Positions 39,822 through 49,853 of a stretch of DNA of 64,000 bases are shown in pieces. Source of the stretch: an uncultured Methanosarcinales archaeon (GTDB lineage: Archaea > Nanobdellota > Nanobdellia > Woesearchaeales > CAXGTL01); the NCBI GenBank assembly GCA_964535955.1, contig CAZHVK010000007.1:4118-68117 (forward strand). Reading direction: 5' to 3'. The notes below the pieces were generated by a model. The model did not search any database and was not told the DNA's origin. It worked only from the letters and a program-made list of their open reading frames with translations. The position numbers were made by a program, and so were the translations under genes. How positions within the stretch are numbered: position 1 is the stretch's first letter; every line of letters starts with the position of its first letter.

Positions 39822-40582
39822 ATGAGAATAAAAAAACTTAAACAAGGTTACAAAAAGTTAACAAAAGAAAAAGTTAGAATAATAGCTCATTTAATTGGTG
39901 ATGGATATATAGGTATAAGTAAACATGATTATAATATTAAATATGAAGTTTCTGATGAAGAATCATTAAACTCCTTTAAAAGTGATTTAGTTGAAGTATA
40001 TGGTCTTAAACCTACAATTGGAACAAATCCCTCTGGCAAAACAGGCAAACCAATTCCTTTTATTAGATTAAGGTCAAAATTAGCTTATGAGGATTTGTCA
40101 AGAACCACCGGTCAATAGACCGGTGGCATGAAGCGAAAGCTTCATAACAGCCTATAATGACCAGTGGTTCTTGATCATGCTCAGTATTCCACCAGTCAAT
40201 AGACTGGTGGTATACTGACATATTAAAATATGCAACATATTATTCTAAAGATTGGAAGATTCATAAATCATTGCTCTTAGCTTCTGCTGATATTAAAATA
40301 GAATTTCTTAAAGCATTATTTGATGATGAAGGAAGTGTTATTCCTACTGGTAAGAATGGCATTATTAGATTATATTCTATAAATTTAGAAGGACTAAAAC
40401 AAATCCAAACCATTTTAATAGACTTTAAAATAGAATCTAAAATTGTGAAGGGCTTTGGTTGCAGAAGAAATGTTTATGCTTTAGTAATTAAAAACCTAAA
40501 ATTATTTAGAGAGAGGATAGGTTTCAATTTAAAAAGAAAACAAAAAAAATTGAATGATCTAATTATAAATCAATTAAAATGA
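39822..40582 (+). pseudogene. LAGLIDADG homing endonuclease split in two by a ~110-bp palindromic insert
   Basis: first half carries LIGDGYIG (LAGLIDADG motif 1), second half FLKALFDDEGSV (motif 2); halves in frames 0 and 2, insert length congruent 2 mod 3; stop codon lies inside the insert. Confidence 0.65.
40098..40213. repeat. hairpin-rich MITE-like insert: CCACCGGTC-AATA-GACCGGTGG, GNRA hairpin ATGAAGC-GAAA-GCTTCAT, inverted copy of left arm, CCACCAGTC-AATA-GACTGGTGG
   Basis: three perfect hairpins, long inverted repeat TCAAGAACCACCGGTC / GACCAGTGGTTCTTGA. Confidence 0.7.
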
Positions 40583-40608
40583 TTAATATCAAGGGGGGAT
40601 GCTTTTTA

Positions 40609-41232
40609 TTATTCTTTTAACAAACCATGCTCTTTACCATCAATAACAACAGAATAAAACTTAAACACTTCATCATCAAACTCTCCTTTTAATGTGATTG
40701 CATTTTTATTACCATCCCATCTTCTTTTTTGTAATAATTCAGCAACATATTTTTCTTTATCAACATCAAGAGGACGCGCAGCTCTTATTCTAAAAAGAGA
40801 ACCATCAATGCAGTATGATCTTGCTTTTAAAACATCTTCATCACAGCCTCTAAAAGTGATTTCAAATACACCATCAAATCTGCGAATTTCTTTTTCACGA
40901 TAATTGTCACTAATACCATGGTATGAAAGTTTTTTAATTTTACTAAAATCAATCATATAAGGAACAACACTTATTTCAGCAAACTCTCCATCATGTTCAT
41001 CTACAACTTGTTCTAATCTGCCTTGTTCAACAGCTTGTGCAATATTAATACTAGCTTTAATTTCAGGCATTTCAATAGGATCTCTCATAGCTAAACATGT
41101 CATATAAGTTAACCAAGAAAAAGTCAATAATGTAAGACCCATAAACTTATACCTATCCATAACAGTCATATGCTTTAACATAATACATAAAGAGAACCAC
41201 AACCAGTATAAAAATCTTTCTATTTTCACCAC
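40609..41232 (-). CDS. membrane protein (2 N-terminal TM) with soluble C-terminal domain
   Basis: 207-aa ORF; hydrophobic N-terminal 60 aa. Confidence 0.4.
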   Translation of the reverse strand: MVKIERFLYWLWFSLCIMLKHMTVMDRYKFMGLTLLTFSWLTYMTCLAMRDPIEMPEIKASINIAQAVEQGRLEQVVDEHDGEFAEISVVPYMIDFSKIKKLSYHGISDNYREKEIRRFDGVFEITFRGCDEDVLKARSYCIDGSLFRIRAARPLDVDKEKYVAELLQKRRWDGNKNAITLKGEFDDEVFKFYSVVIDGKEHGLLKE

Positions 41233-41408
41233 TAAAGAAAGATAACAAAATAAAAATAAACATTTTCTACTGAAAAAACCAAAACCTTTATAAATAGAAA
41301 AAGTTGCTACCTATACAATGGTAAAGGTGCTTTCTGAAGGAAAAAACAACTATTTATAGAGTCTTTTCTCTCATGAAACACCTTAAGGCAACAATAGACC
41401 GCATAATG

Positions 41409-41554
41409 CCTTGGTGGTGTAGTTGGTCTATCATGGGGCCCTGTCGAAGCTTTATAAAGCAAAAACAGTTTTAAATAGACTGTTTTAGCTCATTGCGGAT
41501 AGGCCCCGACTCGGGTTCAAATTCATTTTATGATGAAAGTCCCGGCCAGGGCGT
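41409..41554 (+). tRNA. tRNA-Asp(GUC) with two introns (54 nt in anticodon loop, ~18 nt in T-loop region)
   Basis: acceptor GCCTTGG/CCAGGGC, D-arm GTG-TAGTTGGTCTAT-CAT (Glu/Asp-type), anticodon stem GGGCC/GGCCC with loop CTGTCG-A, BHB-compatible pairing CTGT/GCGG; T-arm TCGGG TTCAAAT [insert] CCCGG. Confidence 0.6.
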
Positions 41555-41646
41555 TAAATAACAAAAAATCAAGGCTGATAAGACATTTCAGCCTAATAAT
41601 AGGGCAGTGGTGGCTAAGATTTCATAAACCTCACTAGCCCTACAAT

Positions 41647-41757
41647 GGGCTGGTGGCTCAGTCTGGATTTATACAGATATGAAGGACAATAGAGCACTCC
41701 ACTTTTAATGGAGTGGTCGCGGGTTCGAAAACAACATCGAAAATCCCGTCCGGCCCA
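41647..41757 (+). tRNA. tRNA-Lys(UUU) with two non-canonical introns (24 nt in D-loop, ~14 nt in T-loop region)
   Basis: acceptor GGGCTGG/CCGGCCC, D-stem GCTC/GAGC separated by 32 nt, anticodon arm CTCCA CTTTTAA TGGAG, T-arm GCGGG TTCGAAA [ACAACATCGAAAAT] CCCGT. Confidence 0.6.
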
Positions 41758-41787
41758 CTTATATTTAATAAAAGGTAAAAATTCAAT

Positions 41788-42039
41788 ATGGCAAAACGAA
41801 AAAAGAAAATAAAAATAGTCATTAAAAAACATTTCTTAATGCCAGAACATTCAAAGTTAAATGATAAAGACAAAAAGAAACTTCTTGAAAAATACAATAT
41901 AACTCTTCAAAACTTACCAAAAATACTGAACACAGATGCTGCTTTACAAACATTAAAAGTAAAACCAGGAGATGTTATCAAGATAATAAGAAAGAGTTCT
42001 ACTGCTGGAACTTCAATTTTTTACAGGTGCGTAATATAA
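41788..42039 (+). CDS. rpoH: DNA-directed RNA polymerase subunit H (Rpb5-like)
   Basis: LMPEHSKL...KPGDVIKIIRKSSTAGTSIFYRCV RpoH signature; first gene of rpo operon. Confidence 0.85.
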   Translation: MAKRKKKIKIVIKKHFLMPEHSKLNDKDKKKLLEKYNITLQNLPKILNTDAALQTLKVKPGDVIKIIRKSSTAGTSIFYRCVI

Positions 42040-42040
42040 A

Positions 42041-43546
42041 ATGGAAGAACACACACTCAAAAAACAATTTGGAATAAGTTTGCTTAAAAAATTTTTCCAA
42101 GAAAAAAGCTTTGTTGATTCAGACATAGCATCTTTTAATTATTTGGTTGAGAATGTACTTCAAAAAATAATTGAGGATAGTAAAGAAATAGAACCAACAA
42201 TAATTCCTCATGACATTGATGAATTCAAAATAAGATTAGACAAAATCTGGATAACTACTCCGGAAATAACAGAAGCAGATGGTGCAAAAAGACCAATCTA
42301 TCCATGCGAAGCAAGGTTAAGAAAAATAACTTATGCCGCTCCAATATATCTAGAGGTTTCAGCACACATAAATGGAATACAAAGAGAAAGTTTTACAACA
42401 CAAATAGGAAATTTACCAATAATGTTAAAAAGTAAATTCTGTCATTTATACACTCTTTCAAGAGAGGATTTAATCAAACATGGCGAAGATCCAGACGATC
42501 CTGGTGGATACTTTGTTGTTAATGGTTCTGAAAAAGTATTGATAGATGTGGAAGATCTTTCACCTAATAGGTTGCTTATTGAAAAAAAAAAAGTAGGTCC
42601 AAGTAAATTTATTGGGAAATTATTTTCAGAAAGAGGATCTTATAAAATACCACACACAGTTGAAAAATTAAAAGATGGTATTTTTTATTTAACATTTACA
42701 AAAGTCAAAAGGATACCAGCAGTGGTTATAATTAAGGCATTAGGAATTTTAAAAGACGAAGAAATAATGAAAGCAATATATGAAAAAGAACAATTTGATG
42801 AAATATTTATTAACCTTTATGAATTCATTGATATAAAATCAGAAGAAGATGCTCTTGATTATATTGCTAAAAAACTAGGAATTACACAGTCAAAAGATAT
42901 AAGGGTTGGACGTATGAGAGAAATTTTACACAAATATTTTTTCCCACACATTGGTACAAACCCAGAAGATAATTTATCTAAGGCGCTTAATCTTTGCAAA
43001 GTTATTAAAAAATTCATATTGGTTTCAAATGGAAAACTTCCTTTGGATGACAAAGATCATTACATGAACAAAAGATTAAAGTTAAGTGGAGACCTATTAC
43101 AAGATTTAATAAGAGTAAATCTTAAGGTTTTGATAAATGATTTATTATATAATTTTCAAAGAATAGTTAAAAGAGGTAAATTCCCATCTATCAAAGTAAT
43201 AATAAGAGAAAAACTGCTTACATCCAGAATTTACAGTGCAATGGCAACCGGAAACTGGATAGGTGGAAGAAAAGGTATTTCCCAAAGAATGGCCAGAATT
43301 AATTTCATGGATACAATATCACATTTACAAAGAGTAGTAAGTCCATTAAGTACTTCACAAGAAAATTTTGCAGCAAGAGCACTTCATTGTACACACTTTG
43401 GAAAATTATGTCCTGTTGAAACTCCTGAAGGTGGAAACATAGGACTTAGAAAAAATTTATCATTATTTGCTAAAATCTCACAAGAAGAAAATGAAGAAGA
43501 GGTTATTAATTCATTGAGAGGTTTAGGTTTGAGAATAATCAAATAA
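42041..43546 (+). CDS. rpoB2: RNA polymerase subunit B'' (N-terminal half of RpoB)
   Basis: Rpb2 N-terminal homology; split arrangement. Confidence 0.9.
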   Translation: MEEHTLKKQFGISLLKKFFQEKSFVDSDIASFNYLVENVLQKIIEDSKEIEPTIIPHDIDEFKIRLDKIWITTPEITEADGAKRPIYPCEARLRKITYAAPIYLEVSAHINGIQRESFTTQIGNLPIMLKSKFCHLYTLSREDLIKHGEDPDDPGGYFVVNGSEKVLIDVEDLSPNRLLIEKKKVGPSKFIGKLFSERGSYKIPHTVEKLKDGIFYLTFTKVKRIPAVVIIKALGILKDEEIMKAIYEKEQFDEIFINLYEFIDIKSEEDALDYIAKKLGITQSKDIRVGRMREILHKYFFPHIGTNPEDNLSKALNLCKVIKKFILVSNGKLPLDDKDHYMNKRLKLSGDLLQDLIRVNLKVLINDLLYNFQRIVKRGKFPSIKVIIREKLLTSRIYSAMATGNWIGGRKGISQRMARINFMDTISHLQRVVSPLSTSQENFAARALHCTHFGKLCPVETPEGGNIGLRKNLSLFAKISQEENEEEVINSLRGLGLRIIK

Positions 43547-43558
43547 GGTGAAAAAATT

Positions 43559-45361
43559 ATGACTGAGGTTTATTTAAACTTTAAATTCGTTGGAACTGTT
43601 GAAAATGCAGAAGAGTTTGTCCAGAAAGTAATAGATGAAAGAAGAAAGAATGTAATCTCAAAAAAAGTCAATATTTTCTATGAACCAATTGCAGACGAAG
43701 TTTTTATTTCCTGCAGCAGAGGTCGACCAAGAAGGCCGTTAATAGTTGTAAAAGATGGTAAACCACTCTTAACAGATTCTCATTTAAAACAGATTGAGAA
43801 AGGAGAATTATCATTTAATGATCTTGTAAATCAAGGAATTATTGAATACCTAGATACATCAGAAGAAGAAAACATTTTCCTTGCAATGTATCCTTATGAA
43901 TTAACAGAACATCATACTCATCTTGAAATTAACCCAATTAGTATTCTTGGTTTAATATCATCATTAGTTCCTTTTGGTAATTTCAGTCCAGGAAGAATGA
44001 ATATTATTGGAACAAAGAACCAAAGACAAGCAATTGGTTTTTATGCTGCAAACTTCTCAGTTAGGTTGGACACAGATGTTAATTTATTAACAAGTCCTCA
44101 AATTCCTATTGTAACAACTTTAACAAATGAAATATGTGATTATGATAAACATCCTTGCGGACAAAACATAGTTGTTGCTGTGCTAAGTTATGAGGGGTAT
44201 AACATGGAAGATGCAATTATTCTTAACAAAAGCTCAATTGACTTAGGATTTGCAAGAAGTGCATATTTTAGAATTGCTTCTTCAGAGGAACTAAGATATT
44301 CAGGTGGTTTAGTTGATGATATTTGCATTCCTGACAAAGAAGTAAAAGGTTATAAAACAGAAAATGATTATAGATTATTAGAAGATGATGGAATTATCTA
44401 TCCTGAAGCAGGTGTTTCAGAAACAGATGTAATAATTGGAAAAACTTCTCCACCAAGATTCTTAAGCACAAGCGATGAATATAATTTAACAGCAAACATC
44501 AGAAGAGAATCTTCTATCACAATGCCTCACGCAGAAAAGGGTGTTGTTGATTTTGTTGTTATAACTGAAAATGAAGAAGGAAACAAGCTGGTTGCAGTAA
44601 GAATGCGTTCTTTAAAGATTCCAGAGATAGGTGACAAATTTATCAGCAGATATGGACAAAAAGGAGTTGTAGGCATGATAAAAAAACAAGAAGACATGCC
44701 TTTCTCAGCCTCAGGTATTATTCCAGACTTGATATTTAGTCCTTACAGTATACCTTCAAGAATGACTATTTCTCATTTATTAGAAATTATAGGTGGTAAA
44801 GCAGGTTCATTATCTGGAAGATTTGTTGATGGAACAACATTTAGTGCTGAACCTGAAAAAGAAATAAGAGCAGATTTATTATCCATGGGTTTTAGAGATA
44901 ATGGTACAGAAACAATGTATAATGGTAGAACAGGTGAACAATTCAAAGTTAAAATTTATATTGGTAACATGTTTTATTTAAAATTAAAACACATGGTATC
45001 AAACAGGATCCAGTCAAGAGCAATGGGTCCTATTCAATTATTAACAAGGCAGCCAACAGAAGGCCGTGCTAAAGAAGGTGGATTAAGATTAGGAGAAATG
45101 GAGAAAGATTGTTTTGTAGCTCATGGTGCATCTTTATTATTAAAAGAAAGATTTGATAGTGATAGAACAATTGTTCCTGTTTGTGAAGAATGCGGATTAA
45201 TAGCTGTTTATAATGAATTCAAGAACAAATCATACTGTTCTGTGTGTGGTGATGGTGTTGATATAAGCAATATTGAAATAAGTTATGCATTCAAATTATT
45301 ATTAGATGAATTTAAATCATTAGGAATTTATCCACAATTACAACTAAAAAATAAATATTAG
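43559..45361 (+). CDS. rpoB1: RNA polymerase subunit B' (C-terminal half of RpoB)
   Basis: conserved GEMEKD, HGAS, C-terminal Cys4 zinc ribbon. Confidence 0.9.
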   Translation: MTEVYLNFKFVGTVENAEEFVQKVIDERRKNVISKKVNIFYEPIADEVFISCSRGRPRRPLIVVKDGKPLLTDSHLKQIEKGELSFNDLVNQGIIEYLDTSEEENIFLAMYPYELTEHHTHLEINPISILGLISSLVPFGNFSPGRMNIIGTKNQRQAIGFYAANFSVRLDTDVNLLTSPQIPIVTTLTNEICDYDKHPCGQNIVVAVLSYEGYNMEDAIILNKSSIDLGFARSAYFRIASSEELRYSGGLVDDICIPDKEVKGYKTENDYRLLEDDGIIYPEAGVSETDVIIGKTSPPRFLSTSDEYNLTANIRRESSITMPHAEKGVVDFVVITENEEGNKLVAVRMRSLKIPEIGDKFISRYGQKGVVGMIKKQEDMPFSASGIIPDLIFSPYSIPSRMTISHLLEIIGGKAGSLSGRFVDGTTFSAEPEKEIRADLLSMGFRDNGTETMYNGRTGEQFKVKIYIGNMFYLKLKHMVSNRIQSRAMGPIQLLTRQPTEGRAKEGGLRLGEMEKDCFVAHGASLLLKERFDSDRTIVPVCEECGLIAVYNEFKNKSYCSVCGDGVDISNIEISYAFKLLLDEFKSLGIYPQLQLKNKY

Positions 45362-45427
45362 GTAGTTAAAATCGAAGATTTTAAATACCTCCAAAAATTT
45401 AAAATTTTTGATAGGTGAAAACATAAT

Positions 45428-47998
45428 ATGACAATAAATAGACATTCATTCAAAAAAGTAAATTCAATTGTTTTTGGAGTTTTGTCTCCTAAAATGATTA
45501 AAAAGATGTCTTCTGTTAAGATTGTTACTCCTGAACTTTATGATAAAGAAGGTTATCCTGTTGATGGAGGACTTATGGATATAAGGCTTGGTGTTATTGA
45601 TCCTGGATTAAGGTGTAAAACTTGCGGTTCAAAACTCAAAGAATGTATTGGACATTTTGGATATATCGAACTAGCTCGTCCAACAATCCATTTTAAATTT
45701 GTTGCACAAATACTAAATTTATTACGAACAACTTGTAGAGATTGTGGAAGAGTTTTAATGAATCAGAAAGACCTTAAAATAAATTTAAAAAAATTAGAAA
45801 AATTAGAAACTTTATTTGGTCTGCAAGAAAGAAGAATTTTAACAAAAAAATTAATAACAAAAATAAGAACAGTTAACAAGTGTCCTCATTGTAGTGCTCG
45901 TCAACAAAAGATATCATTAGACAAGCCTACAACATTCCTAGAAAATGATAAAAGAATTTCTCCAATAGAAGTAAGAACAAGATTAGAAAAGATTCCTGAT
46001 GAAGATTCCGAATTACTTGGTTTAAAACCAAAATTTATTAGACCAGAATGGATGGTTTTAACTCTTTTAGCTGTGCCACCAGTAACAATGCGTCCAAGTA
46101 TAACATTGGAATCTGGTCAAAGAGCTGAAGATGATTTAACTCATAAACTTGGTGATATAGTAAGGATTAATCAGAGATTATTTGAAAATATAAATGCTGG
46201 TGCACCAGAAATAATTGTAGAAGATCTATGGGACCTGCTACAGTATCATGTAACAACTTTCTTTGACAACAAGGTAGCTCAGCTTCCACCTGCAAGACAT
46301 AGGGGAGGCCAGCCTCTTAAAACAATCACAGAAAGGATAAGAAGTAAAGAAGGCCGTATAAGGCACAACTTAGCAGGAAAAAGAACAAATTATTCTTCAA
46401 GAACAGTTATTAGTCCAGACCCAATGCTTCATTTAAATGAAGTAGGAGTGCCATTTATTGTTGCAAAAAAACTTACAATTCCTGAAAGAGTTACAGAATG
46501 GAACATAGATTATTTAAAAAAGTTTGTTGAGCGAGGCACAAAAACTTATCCTGGTGCAAACTATGTAATAAGACCAGATGGAAAAAAGAAAACAATAACA
46601 GATGAGACAAAAGAGCAGTTATTAGAAGATATTCAACCAGGATTCATGGTTGAAAGACATCTTATGGATGGTGATATTGCAATTTTCAACAGGCAGCCAA
46701 GCCTGCATAGAATGTCTATGATGTGTCATAGGATAAAAGTTCTTCCTTATAAGACCTTCAGAATAAACCCTGCAGTATGTTTTCCTTATAACGCAGACTT
46801 TGACGGTGATGAAATGAATCTTCACATTCCTCAATCAGAAGAAGCAAGAGCAGAAGCTGAAATTTTGATGCTTGTTGAGACACAAATAGTTTCACCAGCA
46901 TATGGTTTAAGTATTATAGGTTGTTTAATGGATTCAATTTCAGGAAATTATCTATTAACAAAGAGACTACAATATTCAAGAAAAGAAGCTATTGACATAC
47001 TTTTCCAATCAGGGGTAGAAGATTTTTCAAGATTACCAGGTAAAAGCACAATAAATGGGAAAGAAATCTTTTCTGCAATCCTACCAAAGGATTTTAATTT
47101 TGAATCAGAAACAATATCCAATGAAAAAATCAAGATTAAAAAAGGAGACCTTGTTGATGGTCACCTTGATAGTATATCCATTGGACGTGGTTCTGGTCTT
47201 ATGTTCAGAATTTTGCATAGAAAATATGGTGTAGATAAAACAGTTGATATTCTTGTAAAAACAACAAAGTTAGGTATAGAAATCTTACGTAGAATGGGCC
47301 TTACAACTGCAATCTCTGACACAGACATTCCAGTCAATGCATTACACAAGATTGAAGAAGCATTAGAAGACTCTTATAAAGATGTTAATAAATATATCAA
47401 AGATTGGAAAGAAAATAAGCTTGATGCATTACCTGGAAGAACTATTAAAGAAACACTAGAACTAATGATTTTAAAAAGATTAAATAAAGCAAGAGAAGAT
47501 ACAGGACAGATCGTGCTTGCTTCTGCTGATAGAAAATCTGGAACAGCAATCATGGCTGATTCAGGTGCTCGAGGTAAACCAGTTAATCTTGCCTCTATGG
47601 CAGGAACAGTAGGACAATTAGCTGTCAAAGGAAAAAGAATAAACAAAGGTTATTACCATAGAACTTTACCTATATTTAATAAACATGATTTATCACCTGC
47701 ACCTCATGGATTTATAAGATCCAATTATAAAAAAGGCATGAAACCTGAAGAATTTTTCTTTGTAACAATGACTGGCCGTGACAGTTTAATGGATGTTGCT
47801 TTGAGAACACCTAAATCAGGTTATTTATACAGAAGACTTGCTAATGCAATGCAGGATCTAAGAGTAGAATATGATGGAACAGTTAGAGATGCATCTGGAA
47901 AAATAGTTCAATTCGAATATGGTGAAGATAGTATAGATGTTTCAAAATCAGAAAATGGCATATTAAATATTAAAAGTGTTTTGGAGGTTAGTAAATGA
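45428..47998 (+). CDS. rpoA1: RNA polymerase subunit A'
   Basis: N-terminal zinc motifs, catalytic NADFDGDEMNLH. Confidence 0.9.
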   Translation: MTINRHSFKKVNSIVFGVLSPKMIKKMSSVKIVTPELYDKEGYPVDGGLMDIRLGVIDPGLRCKTCGSKLKECIGHFGYIELARPTIHFKFVAQILNLLRTTCRDCGRVLMNQKDLKINLKKLEKLETLFGLQERRILTKKLITKIRTVNKCPHCSARQQKISLDKPTTFLENDKRISPIEVRTRLEKIPDEDSELLGLKPKFIRPEWMVLTLLAVPPVTMRPSITLESGQRAEDDLTHKLGDIVRINQRLFENINAGAPEIIVEDLWDLLQYHVTTFFDNKVAQLPPARHRGGQPLKTITERIRSKEGRIRHNLAGKRTNYSSRTVISPDPMLHLNEVGVPFIVAKKLTIPERVTEWNIDYLKKFVERGTKTYPGANYVIRPDGKKKTITDETKEQLLEDIQPGFMVERHLMDGDIAIFNRQPSLHRMSMMCHRIKVLPYKTFRINPAVCFPYNADFDGDEMNLHIPQSEEARAEAEILMLVETQIVSPAYGLSIIGCLMDSISGNYLLTKRLQYSRKEAIDILFQSGVEDFSRLPGKSTINGKEIFSAILPKDFNFESETISNEKIKIKKGDLVDGHLDSISIGRGSGLMFRILHRKYGVDKTVDILVKTTKLGIEILRRMGLTTAISDTDIPVNALHKIEEALEDSYKDVNKYIKDWKENKLDALPGRTIKETLELMILKRLNKAREDTGQIVLASADRKSGTAIMADSGARGKPVNLASMAGTVGQLAVKGKRINKGYYHRTLPIFNKHDLSPAPHGFIRSNYKKGMKPEEFFFVTMTGRDSLMDVALRTPKSGYLYRRLANAMQDLRVEYDGTVRDASGKIVQFEYGEDSIDVSKSENGILNIKSVLEVSK

Positions 47999-49119
47999 AG
48001 ATTCCAAAAAAACTAAAAGAGGAAATTCCTGCACAAGTTCTTGAAAATTTTAAAAAAGAATTAGGCAAGGTATCTGAAAAAAAGTTCAGTAAAATGCTTG
48101 TTAATCTTAATAAGGCATATGGTGAAGTAAAAGTCGAACCAGGAGAATCTGTTGGTTTAATTAGTGCAGAATCTTTAGGAGAACCAGGTACACAGATGAC
48201 TTTGGATACAAAACACTTTGCAGGTTTCTCAGAAATGGATATAAGCTCTGGTTTGCCTCGTGTTATAGAAGTTTTTGACGGAAGAAAAACAATCAAAACA
48301 CCCTCAATGGAAATCTTCTTAAAATCACCTTATAACAAAGGAAAAGATATAAAGAAAATTGCACTTTCAATAAAAGAATTAAAACTTGCAGAGATTGTTT
48401 CAGAATTTATAATAAGTGTAGCAGATTCAGTCATTGAAATAATTCTAAATCCTGCTAAATTAAAAGAATTCCATCTTAAATCTGCTGATATTGCAAAAAC
48501 AGTTAAAAAATCCACAAAAGGTATTACTGTTAAATTAAAAGACGATACTCTAATTTTAAATGTAAAAACAAAAGAAGATAGTCTTAACTTAATTTACAAA
48601 ATCAAAGAAAAGTTAAAAGATCTTTATATTAGTGGTATTAAAAAAGTTTATCAAGTACTACCTGTTAAAATTGGTGATGAATATGTAATAAAAACAGCAG
48701 GAACTAACCTTGCAGAAATCTTATCACTAAAATATGTAGATACAGAAAGAACATTTTCTAATGATATTTATGAAGTTACAGAAGTATTAGGAATTGAAGC
48801 AGCAAGACAATTAATCATCAATGAAGCTTCCAAGGTGTTTGAAAACCAAGGAATAAATGTAAATGTAAGACATTTTATGTTGGTATCAGACACAATGACT
48901 CATTCAGGACAAATAAAAGGGATTACAAGATATGGTGTTGTTAGTGAAAAGTCAAGTGTATTAGCAAGAGCTTCTTTTGAAACTCCTATTAAACATATTA
49001 TTGCAGCTGCATTACTTGGAGAAATAGATCAATTAAATTCAGTTATTGAAAATGTTATGTTAAATCAACCAGTACCTGTTGGCACAGGATTGCCTGGATT
49101 GGTCACAAAAATTAAGTAA
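47995..49119 (+). CDS. rpoA2: RNA polymerase subunit A''
   Basis: Rpb1 C-terminal (trigger loop) homology, overlaps rpoA1 by 4 nt. Confidence 0.9.
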   Translation: MKIPKKLKEEIPAQVLENFKKELGKVSEKKFSKMLVNLNKAYGEVKVEPGESVGLISAESLGEPGTQMTLDTKHFAGFSEMDISSGLPRVIEVFDGRKTIKTPSMEIFLKSPYNKGKDIKKIALSIKELKLAEIVSEFIISVADSVIEIILNPAKLKEFHLKSADIAKTVKKSTKGITVKLKDDTLILNVKTKEDSLNLIYKIKEKLKDLYISGIKKVYQVLPVKIGDEYVIKTAGTNLAEILSLKYVDTERTFSNDIYEVTEVLGIEAARQLIINEASKVFENQGINVNVRHFMLVSDTMTHSGQIKGITRYGVVSEKSSVLARASFETPIKHIIAAALLGEIDQLNSVIENVMLNQPVPVGTGLPGLVTKIK

Positions 49120-49132
49120 GAGGGATTGAATA

Positions 49133-49423
49133 ATGACAAAAGCAAAGTCTATGGGCAAAAACATTGAAGAAATAAGAAATGCACTTAAAAAGAATAACTT
49201 AGTTATTGGCTCAAAACAAACAATAAAGATGCTTAAACAAAGCAAAATTGAAAAGGTTTTTTTAACAACAAATTGTCCTGAGCAAGTAAGAGAAGACATT
49301 GAAAATTATTCAAAGATAAATAAAGTGGAATTAGTAAATTTAAGTTATCCTAATGATGAATTAGGGGTTTTTTGTAAAAAACAATATTCTATTTCTGTAG
49401 TTGGAATTCCAAAAGGTGCTTAA
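49133..49423 (+). CDS. rpl30e: ribosomal protein L30e
   Basis: 96 aa, L30e/L7Ae fold pattern (LVIGSKQTIKMLKQSK...ELGVFCKK). Confidence 0.8.
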   Translation: MTKAKSMGKNIEEIRNALKKNNLVIGSKQTIKMLKQSKIEKVFLTTNCPEQVREDIENYSKINKVELVNLSYPNDELGVFCKKQYSISVVGIPKGA

Positions 49424-49844
49424 TTTGATTAAAATAAAATATAATGTAGATGTTATGAAATTTATGTCTATCTTTGATACCATGACAAAAGCTAAACTAA
49501 AAGATTGTTTATTAATCGAGGATGTTATTTATTTTATTGTTGAACCAGCACAAATTGGTAAAGCAATAGGTAAAAAAGGGGTAAACATCAAAAGATTAAA
49601 ATCATTATTAAAAAATAAAGAATTCAGGATTTTTGAATTTAACCCAAACATATTGCAATTTGTTAAGAATTTATTTTATCCAATACAGATAAAAGAGATT
49701 GAACAAAAAGATGATAAGATTATAATCACACCCCCTGATCATAAAACAAGGGGTTTATTAATTGGAAGAAGTGCTAAAAACCTAAGAAACTATGAACAAA
49801 TCATTAATAGATATTTTAGTATTAAGGAAATAAGGGTTATTTGA
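49401..49844 (+). CDS. nusA: archaeal NusA-like KH-domain protein
   Basis: two KH-like GxxG segments (IGKAIGKKGVNIKRL; GLLIGRSAKNL); canonical operon position. Confidence 0.8.
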   Translation: MEFQKVLNLIKIKYNVDVMKFMSIFDTMTKAKLKDCLLIEDVIYFIVEPAQIGKAIGKKGVNIKRLKSLLKNKEFRIFEFNPNILQFVKNLFYPIQIKEIEQKDDKIIITPPDHKTRGLLIGRSAKNLRNYEQIINRYFSIKEIRVI

Positions 49845-49853
49845 GTTATTTCA

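Noticed and set aside
41409-41554. C/D-box sRNA encoded in the tRNA-Asp T-loop insert (TGATGA)
   Set aside because: Only a C-box-like heptamer is present; no D box (CTGA) or guide arrangement found, so not called.
46622-47646. Several minus-strand ORFs inside rpoA'
   Set aside because: Antisense to a highly conserved RNA polymerase gene; artefacts.
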